From: Azolla caroliniana
Taxonomy: Eukaryota; Plantae; Polypodiophyta
NCBI GenBank assembly: GCA_043228905.1
Contig: JBHGNT010000005.1
Span: 1,054,001-1,118,000, forward strand
DNA length: 64,000 nucleotides
Direction of reading: 5' to 3'
Shown: one piece after another, positions 25,121-33,939 of the stretch
Position numbering within the stretch: the stretch's first letter is position 1
Layout of the letters: every line of letters begins with the position of its first letter
Made by a program: the position numbers and the translations under genes
Notes under the pieces: generated by a model
Database searches by the model: none
Told to the model about the DNA's origin: nothing
Seen by the model: the letters and a program-made list of their open reading frames with translations, nothing else

Positions 25121-28100
25121 TTATCCCCCCTTTTCGATGACGAGTTGCACGAGTCGGAAGAAAAGAGTTCAGACTTGGTTTATGAGGATATTGGTTGTGA
25201 AATGCAACAACCATGTCGGAGGCATTGGCAAGATGTTCGGCAGGCTCCCATGTTCGATCATTAGGTGTATAGCCTAACCAATCAACCAAGTAGTATAGTT
25301 TGTTGCGAATGATCTTGGAGTCGAGGATAGCGGCAACCTCATATTCAGAGCCATTGGAAACGTCAATTGGAGGTGGGGGAGGTGTAACACGACCCGGAAT
25401 AGAGCTCGTTGTGTAGGGCTCCAAAAGTGAAACATGGAAGACCGGGTGAAGACGCATATGAGGAGGAAGATCAAGACGAAATGTCACATCATTGATCTTA
25501 CCACTTATGACATATGGGCCAAAACGTTGATAATCCAATTTGTAGCAAGGTCGGGTCGTTTTAATGCTACCTTGTAAGAGCCATACACGATCGCCTACTT
25601 GAAATGTAGTCGATGAATCACGCCGATGACGGTCAGCAATCTTCTTTTGAGTGTTTTGGGCTTCACATAAATGATGCAAAAGCATATCCTGAACTTCTTG
25701 GAGTCGAGTGAGCCGATCTTCAGCAGCTGGGTTTTTTGGGAGTTCAGGATGTTCAAGCATCGTCCAACGAGGATGGTACCCAATGTTTGCAAAAAATGGG
25801 GAATATCCAGTAGAAGAATGCTCGGAGTTGTTATAAGCAAATTCTGCCAAAGGTAGTAAATCCACCCAATCATCTTGTTGATAGTTGACAAAACAACGTA
25901 GATATTGCTCGACTGTTTGGTTGGTGCGCTCACTCTGCCCATTAGTCTCTGGATGGTAGCCGGAAGAGAGTTTACAAGAAGTATGTAAGAGTTTGAACAT
26001 GTGCCGCCAAAATTTCGAGATGAATTGGGGACCCCGATCACTGATAATATCATCCGGAAGACCATGATGGCGAAACACCTCCCGCATGAGTAAATCAGCT
26101 GTCTCTTGACTAGTAATGGTCTTTGTGCATGGAAGGAAATGTGCCATCTTCGTAAAACGATCGACAACCGTGAGAATCGAATCAAATCCCTTGGAAGGTG
26201 GAAGATCCGTAATAAAGTCCAAGGAAATAGATTTCCATGGGCTCTCCGGAATAGGCATTGGCTGTAATAAGCCATATGGATGATGTCGAGGCTTTTTTGA
26301 TCGGCAACATGTATCACAGCTACGAACATAATCCGTAACAAAATGGCGAAGCCGTGGCCACCAATATCGGTGAGAAATCAACTCAAAAGTCTTGTGGATG
26401 CCGAAGTGTCCCGCCATTGGTGTGTCATGACATTGTTGCATGACTTTGAGTCGAGAAGGACCGTCAGGCACATACAAGAGAGTTTGTCGAAAAAGTAACC
26501 CATCATGCCAACTAAACTGGGTGTAGTCTAGACGAGGATTTTGAGTTTGGGAGCTAGATGCACGATTTGGGATAATATGGCTCAAAACCTCTTGGGCGAA
26601 CGCATCAGTCGCAATCTGCTCACGAATGGAATCAAGAAGCCTTGAATCTCCCGGTGTGTTGATGGTATGCATTGCCATTATTCGTAGACGATCAGGACCT
26701 AAGAGGATTTGCTTTTGGCTTTCAAATGCGGCCTCTCCAGGTTGAAGTTCCATATACGAACGTCTAGATAAAGCATCTGCTTTTCCTTGTTGCATCCCAG
26801 GGCGATATAGAATTACAAAATCGAAACGAGTTAAGAACTGCGCCCAACGAGCTTGTCGTCGATTCAAGACTCGAGCACTTTGAAAGTATGTTAGATTTTT
26901 ATGATCATTGTAGACAATAATCTGCTGAGAAGAACCCTCCAGAAAATGACGCCATTGTTGAAAAGAATCCACAATGGCAAGAAGCTCTTTGTCGTGAATC
27001 TCATAGTTGATTTCTGCGACTTCAAATTTTCGTGAGTGAAAAGCCACCGGGTGCAGTTCACCATCATCACCAATTTGGGATAGTACACTTCCGAGTGCGA
27101 AATCCGATGCATCAGCTTCAAGTATAAAGCGCCTCATTGGATCGACATGGATTAAGATTGGTGCGGATGTAAATGCTTGCTTTAAACCCTCAAATGCAGA
27201 GTTTGCATCTATACTCCATACAAATGATCGATTCTTGTGCGTCAGTTGAGTGAGGGGCAACACAATTTTTGAATAATCTTTGATGAACTTGCGATAAAAG
27301 TTTGCGAACCCCAAAAAACATTGCACATCTCGTACGGACTGTGGTGTTTGCCAATCCAAAATTGTTTGAACCTTTGATGGATCCATAGAGATGCCATTTG
27401 AAGAGACTATGTACCCCAAAAACTCCACTTGACATTGGTCGAAACTACACTTCTCCAATTTTGCATAGAGACCATACTCTCGTAGCCGTTGCAAAACTTG
27501 GCGAACATGTATATCATGTTCTTCTTGAGTTTTTGAGTAGATCAAGATATCATCCAGGTAAACAATGATGAAGATATCGAGGAAGTCTCGAAAAATATCA
27601 TTCGCCATATGTTGGAAGACTGCTGGTGCATTCGTGAGGCCAAAAGGCATCACTGTGTACTCAAAATGACCATAGCGAGTGCGGAACGCCGTCTTCCATT
27701 CATCCCCAGGACGAATTCGAACAAGGTTGTAGGCACCTCGAAGATCTAACTTCGTGAAATACTTTGCTTCACTGAGGCGTTCTAGAAGGCTTGAGATCAA
27801 TGGGAGAGCATATCGGTTTCTAACGGTCACTTTATTCAAGCCTCGATAATCCACGACCATACGAAGCGTACCATCTTTCTTCTTAACGAAAAAGATGGGT
27901 GCACCAGCAGGAGATTTTGAATGTTGGATAAAACCATTTGCCAAGTTCTCATTGATATATTCTCGAAGAACCTCTAACTCCGTGGGCGAAAGATTATAAA
28001 TTGGTCCCCATGGAGGCTCTTTTCCTGGCTGCAAATCAATTGGGCAATCATATGGTCGATGCTCTGGTAGTCTATTAGCCGTCACCTTATCGAACACATC

Positions 28101-28754
28101 GGAGAATTCTATGTACTTCTTTGGTAGTTGGACCCCCAATTCTTGTGAGCTAGATGAGGGAGTTGCTAAAACCGCAAATACCATCATGTCTTCCTTTCTT
28201 CCATCCTCTCGTAATTGATGTATAGAGATTGTTGAAATTGTGGGGGATCCTAGATCCTTAGTTGGAGCTTCAAGAGACTTGGATTGTACGGTGACCTCTT
28301 CAATAGTTCTTTTTCTCCAATCAATGGTTGGGTTATGTAACTCAAACCAAGGAAGACCAAGAACTAGAGAGTGCTCCGGACTACTAATGATGTTAAATGA
28401 GATGACACTAGCCAAATTACCTAGGACTACACGAATTGGTTCAGACTCTTCGACTATATCTCCTGATGCTATAGGGCGACCATCGATGACTCCTACAGCT
28501 ACTGGGTTTGGGAGTTTTTTCAAGATGATGTTTTGAGTCAATGCAAACTCGCGATCCATGAAACAAGAATTGGCTCCGGAATCTAGGAGGGCAGAGGCTA
28601 GGGCGCGATGACCTGTAGATGTGCTAAGCTCGACTTGTGCAGAAAAAACTCTACTAACTTGATTTGATGAAATGGAACCACAACTAGGTACTGACTCTAC
28701 ATAACTAGGATGGTCCAACCAAATGGCTCCTATTTTGGCCGGACTTATTCGTTT
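25113..28754 (-). CDS. pol: Pol polyprotein: aspartic protease, RT, RNase H, integrase, chromodomain; probably made as a Gag-Pol fusion by -1 frameshift
   Basis: LLDSGA; DLRGAY..MPFGL..VYLDD; ADASD..DKELLA..DHKNL; HxxxxxxH..CxxC, DFITDLP, SDRG, ERTN; GPY module; chromodomain EYEVAAILD..YYLVDWLGY..TWEP. The frame is open up to 28781 and overlaps the gag 3' end, with no ATG before the protease. The stop codon falls inside the 3' LTR. Confidence 0.95.
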   Translation of the reverse strand, partial: KRISPAKIGAIWLDHPSYVESVPSCGSISSNQVSRVFSAQVELSTSTGHRALASALLDSGANSCFMDREFALTQNIILKKLPNPVAVGVIDGRPIASGDIVEESEPIRVVLGNLASVISFNIISSPEHSLVLGLPWFELHNPTIDWRKRTIEEVTVQSKSLEAPTKDLGSPTISTISIHQLREDGRKEDMMVFAVLATPSSSSQELGVQLPKKYIEFSDVFDKVTANRLPEHRPYDCPIDLQPGKEPPWGPIYNLSPTELEVLREYINENLANGFIQHSKSPAGAPIFFVKKKDGTLRMVVDYRGLNKVTVRNRYALPLISSLLERLSEAKYFTKLDLRGAYNLVRIRPGDEWKTAFRTRYGHFEYTVMPFGLTNAPAVFQHMANDIFRDFLDIFIIVYLDDILIYSKTQEEHDIHVRQVLQRLREYGLYAKLEKCSFDQCQVEFLGYIVSSNGISMDPSKVQTILDWQTPQSVRDVQCFLGFANFYRKFIKDYSKIVLPLTQLTHKNRSFVWSIDANSAFEGLKQAFTSAPILIHVDPMRRFILEADASDFALGSVLSQIGDDGELHPVAFHSRKFEVAEINYEIHDKELLAIVDSFQQWRHFLEGSSQQIIVYNDHKNLTYFQSARVLNRRQARWAQFLTRFDFVILYRPGMQQGKADALSRRSYMELQPGEAAFESQKQILLGPDRLRIMAMHTINTPGDSRLLDSIREQIATDAFAQEVLSHIIPNRASSSQTQNPRLDYTQFSWHDGLLFRQTLLYVPDGPSRLKVMQQCHDTPMAGHFGIHKTFELISHRYWWPRLRHFVTDYVRSCDTCCRSKKPRHHPYGLLQPMPIPESPWKSISLDFITDLPPSKGFDSILTVVDRFTKMAHFLPCTKTITSQETADLLMREVFRHHGLPDDIISDRGPQFISKFWRHMFKLLHTSCKLSSGYHPETNGQSERTNQTVEQYLRCFVNYQQDDWVDLLPLAEFAYNNSEHSSTGYSPFFANIGYHPRWTMLEHPELPKNPAAEDRLTRLQEVQDMLLHHLCEAQNTQKKIADRHRRDSSTTFQVGDRVWLLQGSIKTTRPCYKLDYQRFGPYVISGKINDVTFRLDLPPHMRLHPVFHVSLLEPYTTSSIPGRVTPPPPPIDVSNGSEYEVAAILDSKIIRNKLYYLVDWLGYTPNDRTWEPAEHLANASDMVVAFHNQYPHKPSLNSFLPTRATRHRKGGIMS
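25121..25136 (-). other. Polypurine tract
   Basis: CGAAAAGGGGGGATAA directly precedes the TG of the 3' LTR on the minus strand. Confidence 0.85.
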
Positions 28755-28757
28755 AAC
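28713..28757 (-). promoter_or_regulatory. Putative -1 ribosomal frameshift signal
   Basis: G TTA AAC in the gag frame, a 6-nt spacer containing the gag stop, then an 11-bp stem GTCCGGCCAAA/TTTGGTTGGAC. Pol is in the -1 frame. Confidence 0.75.
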
Positions 28758-29872
28758 ACATCCTCTAATTGGCTCAGGACATCAAATCTATTCTCATGGC
28801 ATGGGCTATTAGGCTTAGTACTTAAGTTATTAGAAGTGATAGTAGAACTTGATGTAGGGTTGTCATGTGCACTTACTTGGTAAACTTGACGCCTGGGTTT
28901 ATGTGGACAATTCACAGCTATATGTCCTGGACCACCACAGTAGAGGCATAGGCGATGCGCCCGACGTCGTTGTTTCTCAGCATCTGATAAGGGCCCTCGA
29001 CGTTGTGTCGACTCTATTTCCATCGGAGTGGGACCATCCCTCGTAACGGGTCTAGAACCTTGTGGCGGTGTGGCGACTATAGAAGCGTATGTCTGTTCCG
29101 GTTGGCGGCGTAACATTTGTTGACGTTCAGAACGTCGCTCAAATAGGCGATTATCACATCGCACAGCTCGGCTAATAGCTTCAGTAAGAGACTTTGGATC
29201 TTCATGGAAAGTAAGAAGAAGATCTTTGACATCGTTACGCAAACCCTGACGGAATTTATCCATTAAGGCTGCCTCATCCCAAGGGATGTCGCATGCCAAG
29301 AGACGGAAATCTGCGGCATAAGCTGAAGCGGGACGATCTCCTTGTCGGAGTCTTCGAATCTTGTTTATTGCAGTCCTAGTGCTAGCCGTATCTCCAAAAC
29401 TAGCTTGAAACTCCTTAACGAATGCCTCGAAATCCTCCAGTAATGGTGATTTCTTCTCAAGAAGTGGTGCAAACCATGCTAACGCTGTACCGCTTAGCAA
29501 GGTTCCTATTAATCCCACACGGGCAGCATCAGTTGGATACCGATTGGGATGTAACTGAATCACCAAACGAACTTGATTCAGGAAACCTCGAAAGAGAGAT
29601 CTGGTACCATCAAACTTGGCAGGGAGGCTAATCTTTGGTTCCCTTGGGGAGTTTTGAACCCCCGCCGCTTGTTCTCGTAATGTTAATATAGTAGCCTCAA
29701 GTTGATGAACCCGTTGTGATAACTCCTCATATTGATGAGCTTTCTCAGTACTGACTTGTTGAAGATCCCCGAGTAGCCTTTGATTTTCTTGCTCTAATGC
29801 CACAAACTTAGCGGTGAGCATATCGAGCTCCGAAAGGACACGCATATACTCTTGCTTGCTGACCGACTCCAT
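28745..29872 (-). CDS. gag: Gag (coiled-coil N-terminus, PEG10/RTL1/sushi-like capsid, CCHC knuckle)
   Basis: 375-aa ORF with PAKFDG..FRGFLNQ..LSGTALAW, LRQG..YAADFR..FRQGL and CLYCGGPGHIAVNC. Confidence 0.95.
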   Translation of the reverse strand: MESVSKQEYMRVLSELDMLTAKFVALEQENQRLLGDLQQVSTEKAHQYEELSQRVHQLEATILTLREQAAGVQNSPREPKISLPAKFDGTRSLFRGFLNQVRLVIQLHPNRYPTDAARVGLIGTLLSGTALAWFAPLLEKKSPLLEDFEAFVKEFQASFGDTASTRTAINKIRRLRQGDRPASAYAADFRLLACDIPWDEAALMDKFRQGLRNDVKDLLLTFHEDPKSLTEAISRAVRCDNRLFERRSERQQMLRRQPEQTYASIVATPPQGSRPVTRDGPTPMEIESTQRRGPLSDAEKQRRRAHRLCLYCGGPGHIAVNCPHKPRRQVYQVSAHDNPTSSSTITSNNLSTKPNSPCHENRFDVLSQLEDVLNE

Positions 29873-29944
29873 AACCGCGGGGGAAAAAGAAAGAAGGATA
29901 AAGAAGAAAGCTTGCTAGGGTTATTGGAGAAAGGGAAAAGAAAT

Positions 29945-29955
29945 ATTCGGTTCAA
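29945..29955 (-). other. Primer-binding site, self-priming type
   Basis: TTGAACCGAAT lies 2 nt downstream of the 5' LTR, lacks TGG, and is exactly complementary to ATTCGGTTCAA at 30198-30188 in the LTR. Confidence 0.8.
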
Positions 29956-30224
29956 ACTGTCGTGACTCTTGAGTAGGAAGCAGAGAGAGAGAGAGATGGC
30001 GATAGAGATAACGATAACGATAGAGATGGCGAGAGCGGTAGAGATAGCGATAGTGATAGCAAAAGAGAGTGAAAGAGGGAGAGAGTGCGAGAGAGAGAAA
30101 AGTATAAGTGAGAGATAAGAAATGGGAATGCGATTATATTATGAGAAAGAAGATTACAAGGAGTAGGCTAAGGGCTAAAGACTGGTGTTGAACCGAATGA
30201 GTTGTGATGAGTGTATGGACTCTT

Positions 30225-30348
30225 ATTTATAGGCCCTTATGGAGTATTCTAGAATGTTCTAGAATATTTTAGATATTTATGAATAATAATAATAATAAAT
30301 ATAATCATGAAATATTCAAGAACATTCTAGAATAATCTAGAATGTTCT
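30225..30348 (-). promoter_or_regulatory. LTR promoter: TATA box plus two heat-shock-element arrays
   Basis: Alternating nTTCn/nGAAn pentamers at 30246-30270 and 30314-30348, upstream of TATAAAT on the element strand. Confidence 0.75.
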
Positions 30349-30402
30349 AAATATCTCGTAATAACTAAACATATAATTATTATGATTACATCTCACATAT
30401 GT

Positions 30403-30466
30403 TATTACAATGGTTAAAGTACAATATGTAAACCAAGAGGTTATGGGTTCGATTCCTGGTTCGCCA
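30403..30466 (+). other. Degenerate tRNA-derived sequence (A box/B box) inside LTR U3; second copy at 25015-25078
   Basis: TATTACAATGGTTAAAG...TGTAAACC..GAGGT..GGTTCGATTCCTGGTTCGCCA: a perfect B box, a near-consensus A box and tRNA-like spacing, but the acceptor stem does not pair. Confidence 0.6.
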
Positions 30467-31485
30467 AGATGAATGTCATGATAAGCCAAGATGTATGTCT
30501 TCATGACAGGTTATTGAATTGACCATAGACCATTCAAGTTATTTTCATTGTTACGTTTGGATTTGTGAGCATTCAAGGATGGGTTATTAGAAAAAGCTAA
30601 CCTATCTTATAAGACTATTTGCTATATTATATGTTAATGTCTTCGTTAATAGGAATCAGCAACGACTGGTTTGGCCTTGTCCAAACCAAACTGATTAAGC
30701 CTTAATAGGTTTGGCAAATTTCAAGCTAGAACCGAATCGATCCCTAAACAGGTTAAGGCCAAACTAGTTAAGCCCATTTTTCCATCATAATTGGACACGT
30801 TCGTTAAGAGACATTGGAGGCAACCTTATGTTGATTCACTTTGTAGGAACATTATATGTGAGAGTAATAAGGAAGTTCTTTTACTCAAGCTAAACATAAC
30901 ATGCTAGAAAACTTTGTGCCAAACTTCATATTTCCTTTTGAAAAATTCTCTACGTCAAATACCTCGAACAGAAACATTTTTTATAAGAATTAGTACAAAT
31001 ACATACGTCAAATACCCCAAACAACAACATTTTTTATGAGAATTAGTAAAAATACATACTTTATAATCAAGCATCCTGAAAAAAGGTCAAACGCATGCTC
31101 TTGTATAACAATTCATCTGTCATAACAATGTACTTAAATAATAGTCTCTAACACACCGCATCTCTCCTAATAATGAAAGAAGAAGAAAGGGAAATCCCCA
31201 TGGGGGTGGGCACAAGACTTGTGTGGTAATCTCGAAACGCACACATCTTGCATGGCAAACTTTGAAAACCATAGTGACTTCCGATGACCCAAGGGATGTT
31301 ATATTTTGAAATGCTCATGTGAGCTTGCTTGTATCGTTGGAAGGCACAAGACTTGCATGATGGGCACATCCATCCATGTGAGCAAGATCACCTATTTAAG
31401 AATATGTGAATGTGAATAAAAAATATGAGGAATCATGAACCCATTGGAATACTTAATAAAGACTAAGTGGAAACAAAAGCATCCA

Positions 31486-31490
<5 letters not shown>

Positions 31491-31540
<50 letters not shown>
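31491..31540. repeat. (CT)n microsatellite
   Basis: About 25 CT units. Similar tracts lie at ~13236-13281 and ~63949-63997. Confidence 0.9.
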
Positions 31541-31545
<5 letters not shown>

Positions 31546-31663
31546 TTCTTATTTTAAATTTTCCTGTTTAAATGTACCATGAAACCATTAAGAACTTCCA
31601 ATGCCCAGAGTCAAAACCCCATGACCGGATTCGGTTGACGGCCACATCACATCTATAGATGAA

Positions 31664-32491
31664 GTGGCAGACCTTCTATGGTTCTATAGACCACAAAGTC
31701 TTAGGTACCACCCTTTGCCTACACATGATCGTCCTCGCCCAATTATCAAACCCTTCTCCCCGTGCTCCGCTTGCATTAAACAACAATTTGTAAAGCGCCC
31801 ACAGTCCCTACCTATTATCCATCTCTCGACCATACCATGCCCTCATAGAAAAACAAACTCTTCACGGATTGAATTAATTAATCCCGAGGACTTGGCCTTA
31901 TCTCCCAAAGACCCAACTAACCTTTTAGACGAGGATGAGCATGAGGACAACAAAGACCTAACTAATTTTAACCAATGTTATATAACCCTCCTCTCACAAG
32001 TTTTCAATACGGTTGACAACAACAAGGACGACAAACTCTCTAAAGACGAGCTACAAAGGTTGTTGGATCGAGTTGGTTTGCAATCAACATATGAAAGCAT
32101 TGTATCACTTTTCAAACATATTAGCCTTTCCTCCATTGGAAATCAAGAGTTTATCACTTCCAATGATTTTCCTCTACTCTATGAAATTACTTCTTGTTAT
32201 GCCTCATCAATAGCTCAACGAGGGCAACCCAACAGGAATCAAACCCACCATGACACAGTTAGAGGTTTGGGCCATGCAGATGCCCTCCTTCCAAAAGTGT
32301 TCAATATCTTTGATAAAGACAATGATGGGTTCATCTCTCCTTGTGATTTGCAAGTAGTCTTGTGTGGCATGGGCTTTAGCAAAGCCCTCAAACTCGATGC
32401 ATGTATCGAGATGATTGATAGATTCGATCAAGATGGTGATGGACAAATAAGTTTCCTAGAGTTCAAAGACATGTTAGAGTTTGTTTTTTAA
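31664..32491 (+). CDS. Calmodulin-like (CML) EF-hand protein; start codon unresolved, possible pseudogene
   Basis: EF loops DNNKDDKLSKDE, DKDNDGFISPCD and DQDGDGQISFLE, with the second hand degenerate. No in-frame ATG lies between the TGA at 31622 and the EF hands. Confidence 0.7.
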   Translation: MADLLWFYRPQSLRYHPLPTHDRPRPIIKPFSPCSACIKQQFVKRPQSLPIIHLSTIPCPHRKTNSSRIELINPEDLALSPKDPTNLLDEDEHEDNKDLTNFNQCYITLLSQVFNTVDNNKDDKLSKDELQRLLDRVGLQSTYESIVSLFKHISLSSIGNQEFITSNDFPLLYEITSCYASSIAQRGQPNRNQTHHDTVRGLGHADALLPKVFNIFDKDNDGFISPCDLQVVLCGMGFSKALKLDACIEMIDRFDQDGDGQISFLEFKDMLEFVF

Positions 32492-33664
32492 TGGGGATCG
32501 GGTGAATTTTACTTGGACCCATGCTAAATTCTCTTCTCATTGAGGGGTACATTGCTTAGGTTCAGGCTTATATATTGTCCTCATTATAACGATACAATGC
32601 CCCCTTGTCCTTAGGAAACTCTTAAATAGATTATGTTCATGTAGGTAAGCAACATAATACCAAAGCTTTTAGCAATATAACACAAGTACCATAATAGATC
32701 ATCAAATTTCAAACACTTCGATAAATTGATTAACAAATCTATCAACATTTAGGTATACCAACTAGTTGTACATTCCTTAGAAAGATGTAGAAATATCCTA
32801 CCAGCAGTAGCTTGCAAACAATGTTGGAGCATTAACAAGGAAGTTGTGAATGAGGCATTCATTGTTCATGGTGGGTAAAGGTAGCTTTGGCAATAGAATA
32901 TAGGAAGAAAAAAAGGGAATGTATGGATGCATAAACATGCAATCAATGATAAGATACTCGCCACATGTCTTACTACACATTTGCATGTTGAACACCTTGT
33001 ATATTGTTAGTATGTTTTGCCCAAGACAGATATATGCTCATGTTCTACTCAATGCATTGGATAATGTGATGCTTCTACTATACATATGAATATTGAATGT
33101 TGTATTGAGCTTGGGAGAAAGGCCATGATTCATCAATTCTATAAAGCTAATGTGAAAAGATGCTTTGAGTGTTGAGGGGAATGTGCCAATACGGGTGCTT
33201 TCTTTAGTGTAATGGCTTGGGGAGTTAAAGACATGGATTAAATTTTGTATGGCAAATTATAAAACAATGTTACAATTTTTTTTTGAGAGTTATGTAATAT
33301 CCTCATTAAGGAATGGAATTATTGAGCATGATGCTAATAGATCATGGAATTTATAATCATATCCAGATTTTGTTTTTGCTTGCATGCAACAAAGTATTTC
33401 AACTAAGCAACTCCTAAAATATTCCATATATTTGAGACACATCAAAGTATTAGCTTAGTTCAAGGAAAATACATCACCATGGAAATAATCATGCAACAAA
33501 CGCTAACAAGTTATAAAATATCGATTCAGCTGCACCATGCATTGCCCATGCACTCAAATGTTGAAGTGCAACATTATGTATATCCAATAATAAAGACAAT
33601 GTTTTTACTCGTATTGAACATTCACACGTTTTTGAATAAGAGCCTAACCCAACACATTCTCAAC

Positions 33665-33939
33665 CATAGTATGAACCATACGAACCATACGTGCATTCGC
33701 ATTCGTGAATGTTTCAATCATTCAATTATGGTAAACACCCTTGAAGAATGGTAAATACCATACTTTTGGATTAACTATTTATTATGAGGTAAATAAACCT
33801 GAAAAAAAGAAAAAAAGAAAAACAAAAAAACTTTAAAAAAGGGGAAAAAACACAAGAATGGTTGAATAACATTTGCATTCGTTTTCCAACATAGGAAAAC
33901 GAATGTTATGCTAGACGAACACGAATTTTATGTACTATG
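33665..33939. mobile_element. hAT-type MITE, 275 bp
   Basis: Short TIR CATAGTA/TACTATG, subterminal CGAA/TTCG repeats and an exact 8-bp TSD TTCTCAAC (33657-33664, 33940-33947). Confidence 0.8.

Larger units (their letters stand above)
24570..30508 (-). mobile_element. Intact Ty3/gypsy chromovirus LTR retrotransposon (Tf1/sushi/Tcn1-like), 5939 bp
   Basis: Two 551-bp TG...CA LTRs with one mismatch, a 5-bp TSD GGTTA (24565-24569 / 30509-30513), uninterrupted gag and pol (PR-RT-RH-INT-chromodomain order) and a PPT next to the left LTR. Confidence 0.97.
29958..30508 (-). repeat. 5' LTR (551 bp)
   Basis: Copy of 24570-25120. Contains TATAAAT (30231-30225) and an Inr-like CTCATT around 30198. Confidence 0.96.

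Noticed and set aside
25595-26341. 248-aa ORF overlapping integrase in another frame
   Set aside because: No recognisable motif and no evident expression route, so it is probably a shadow ORF of pol.
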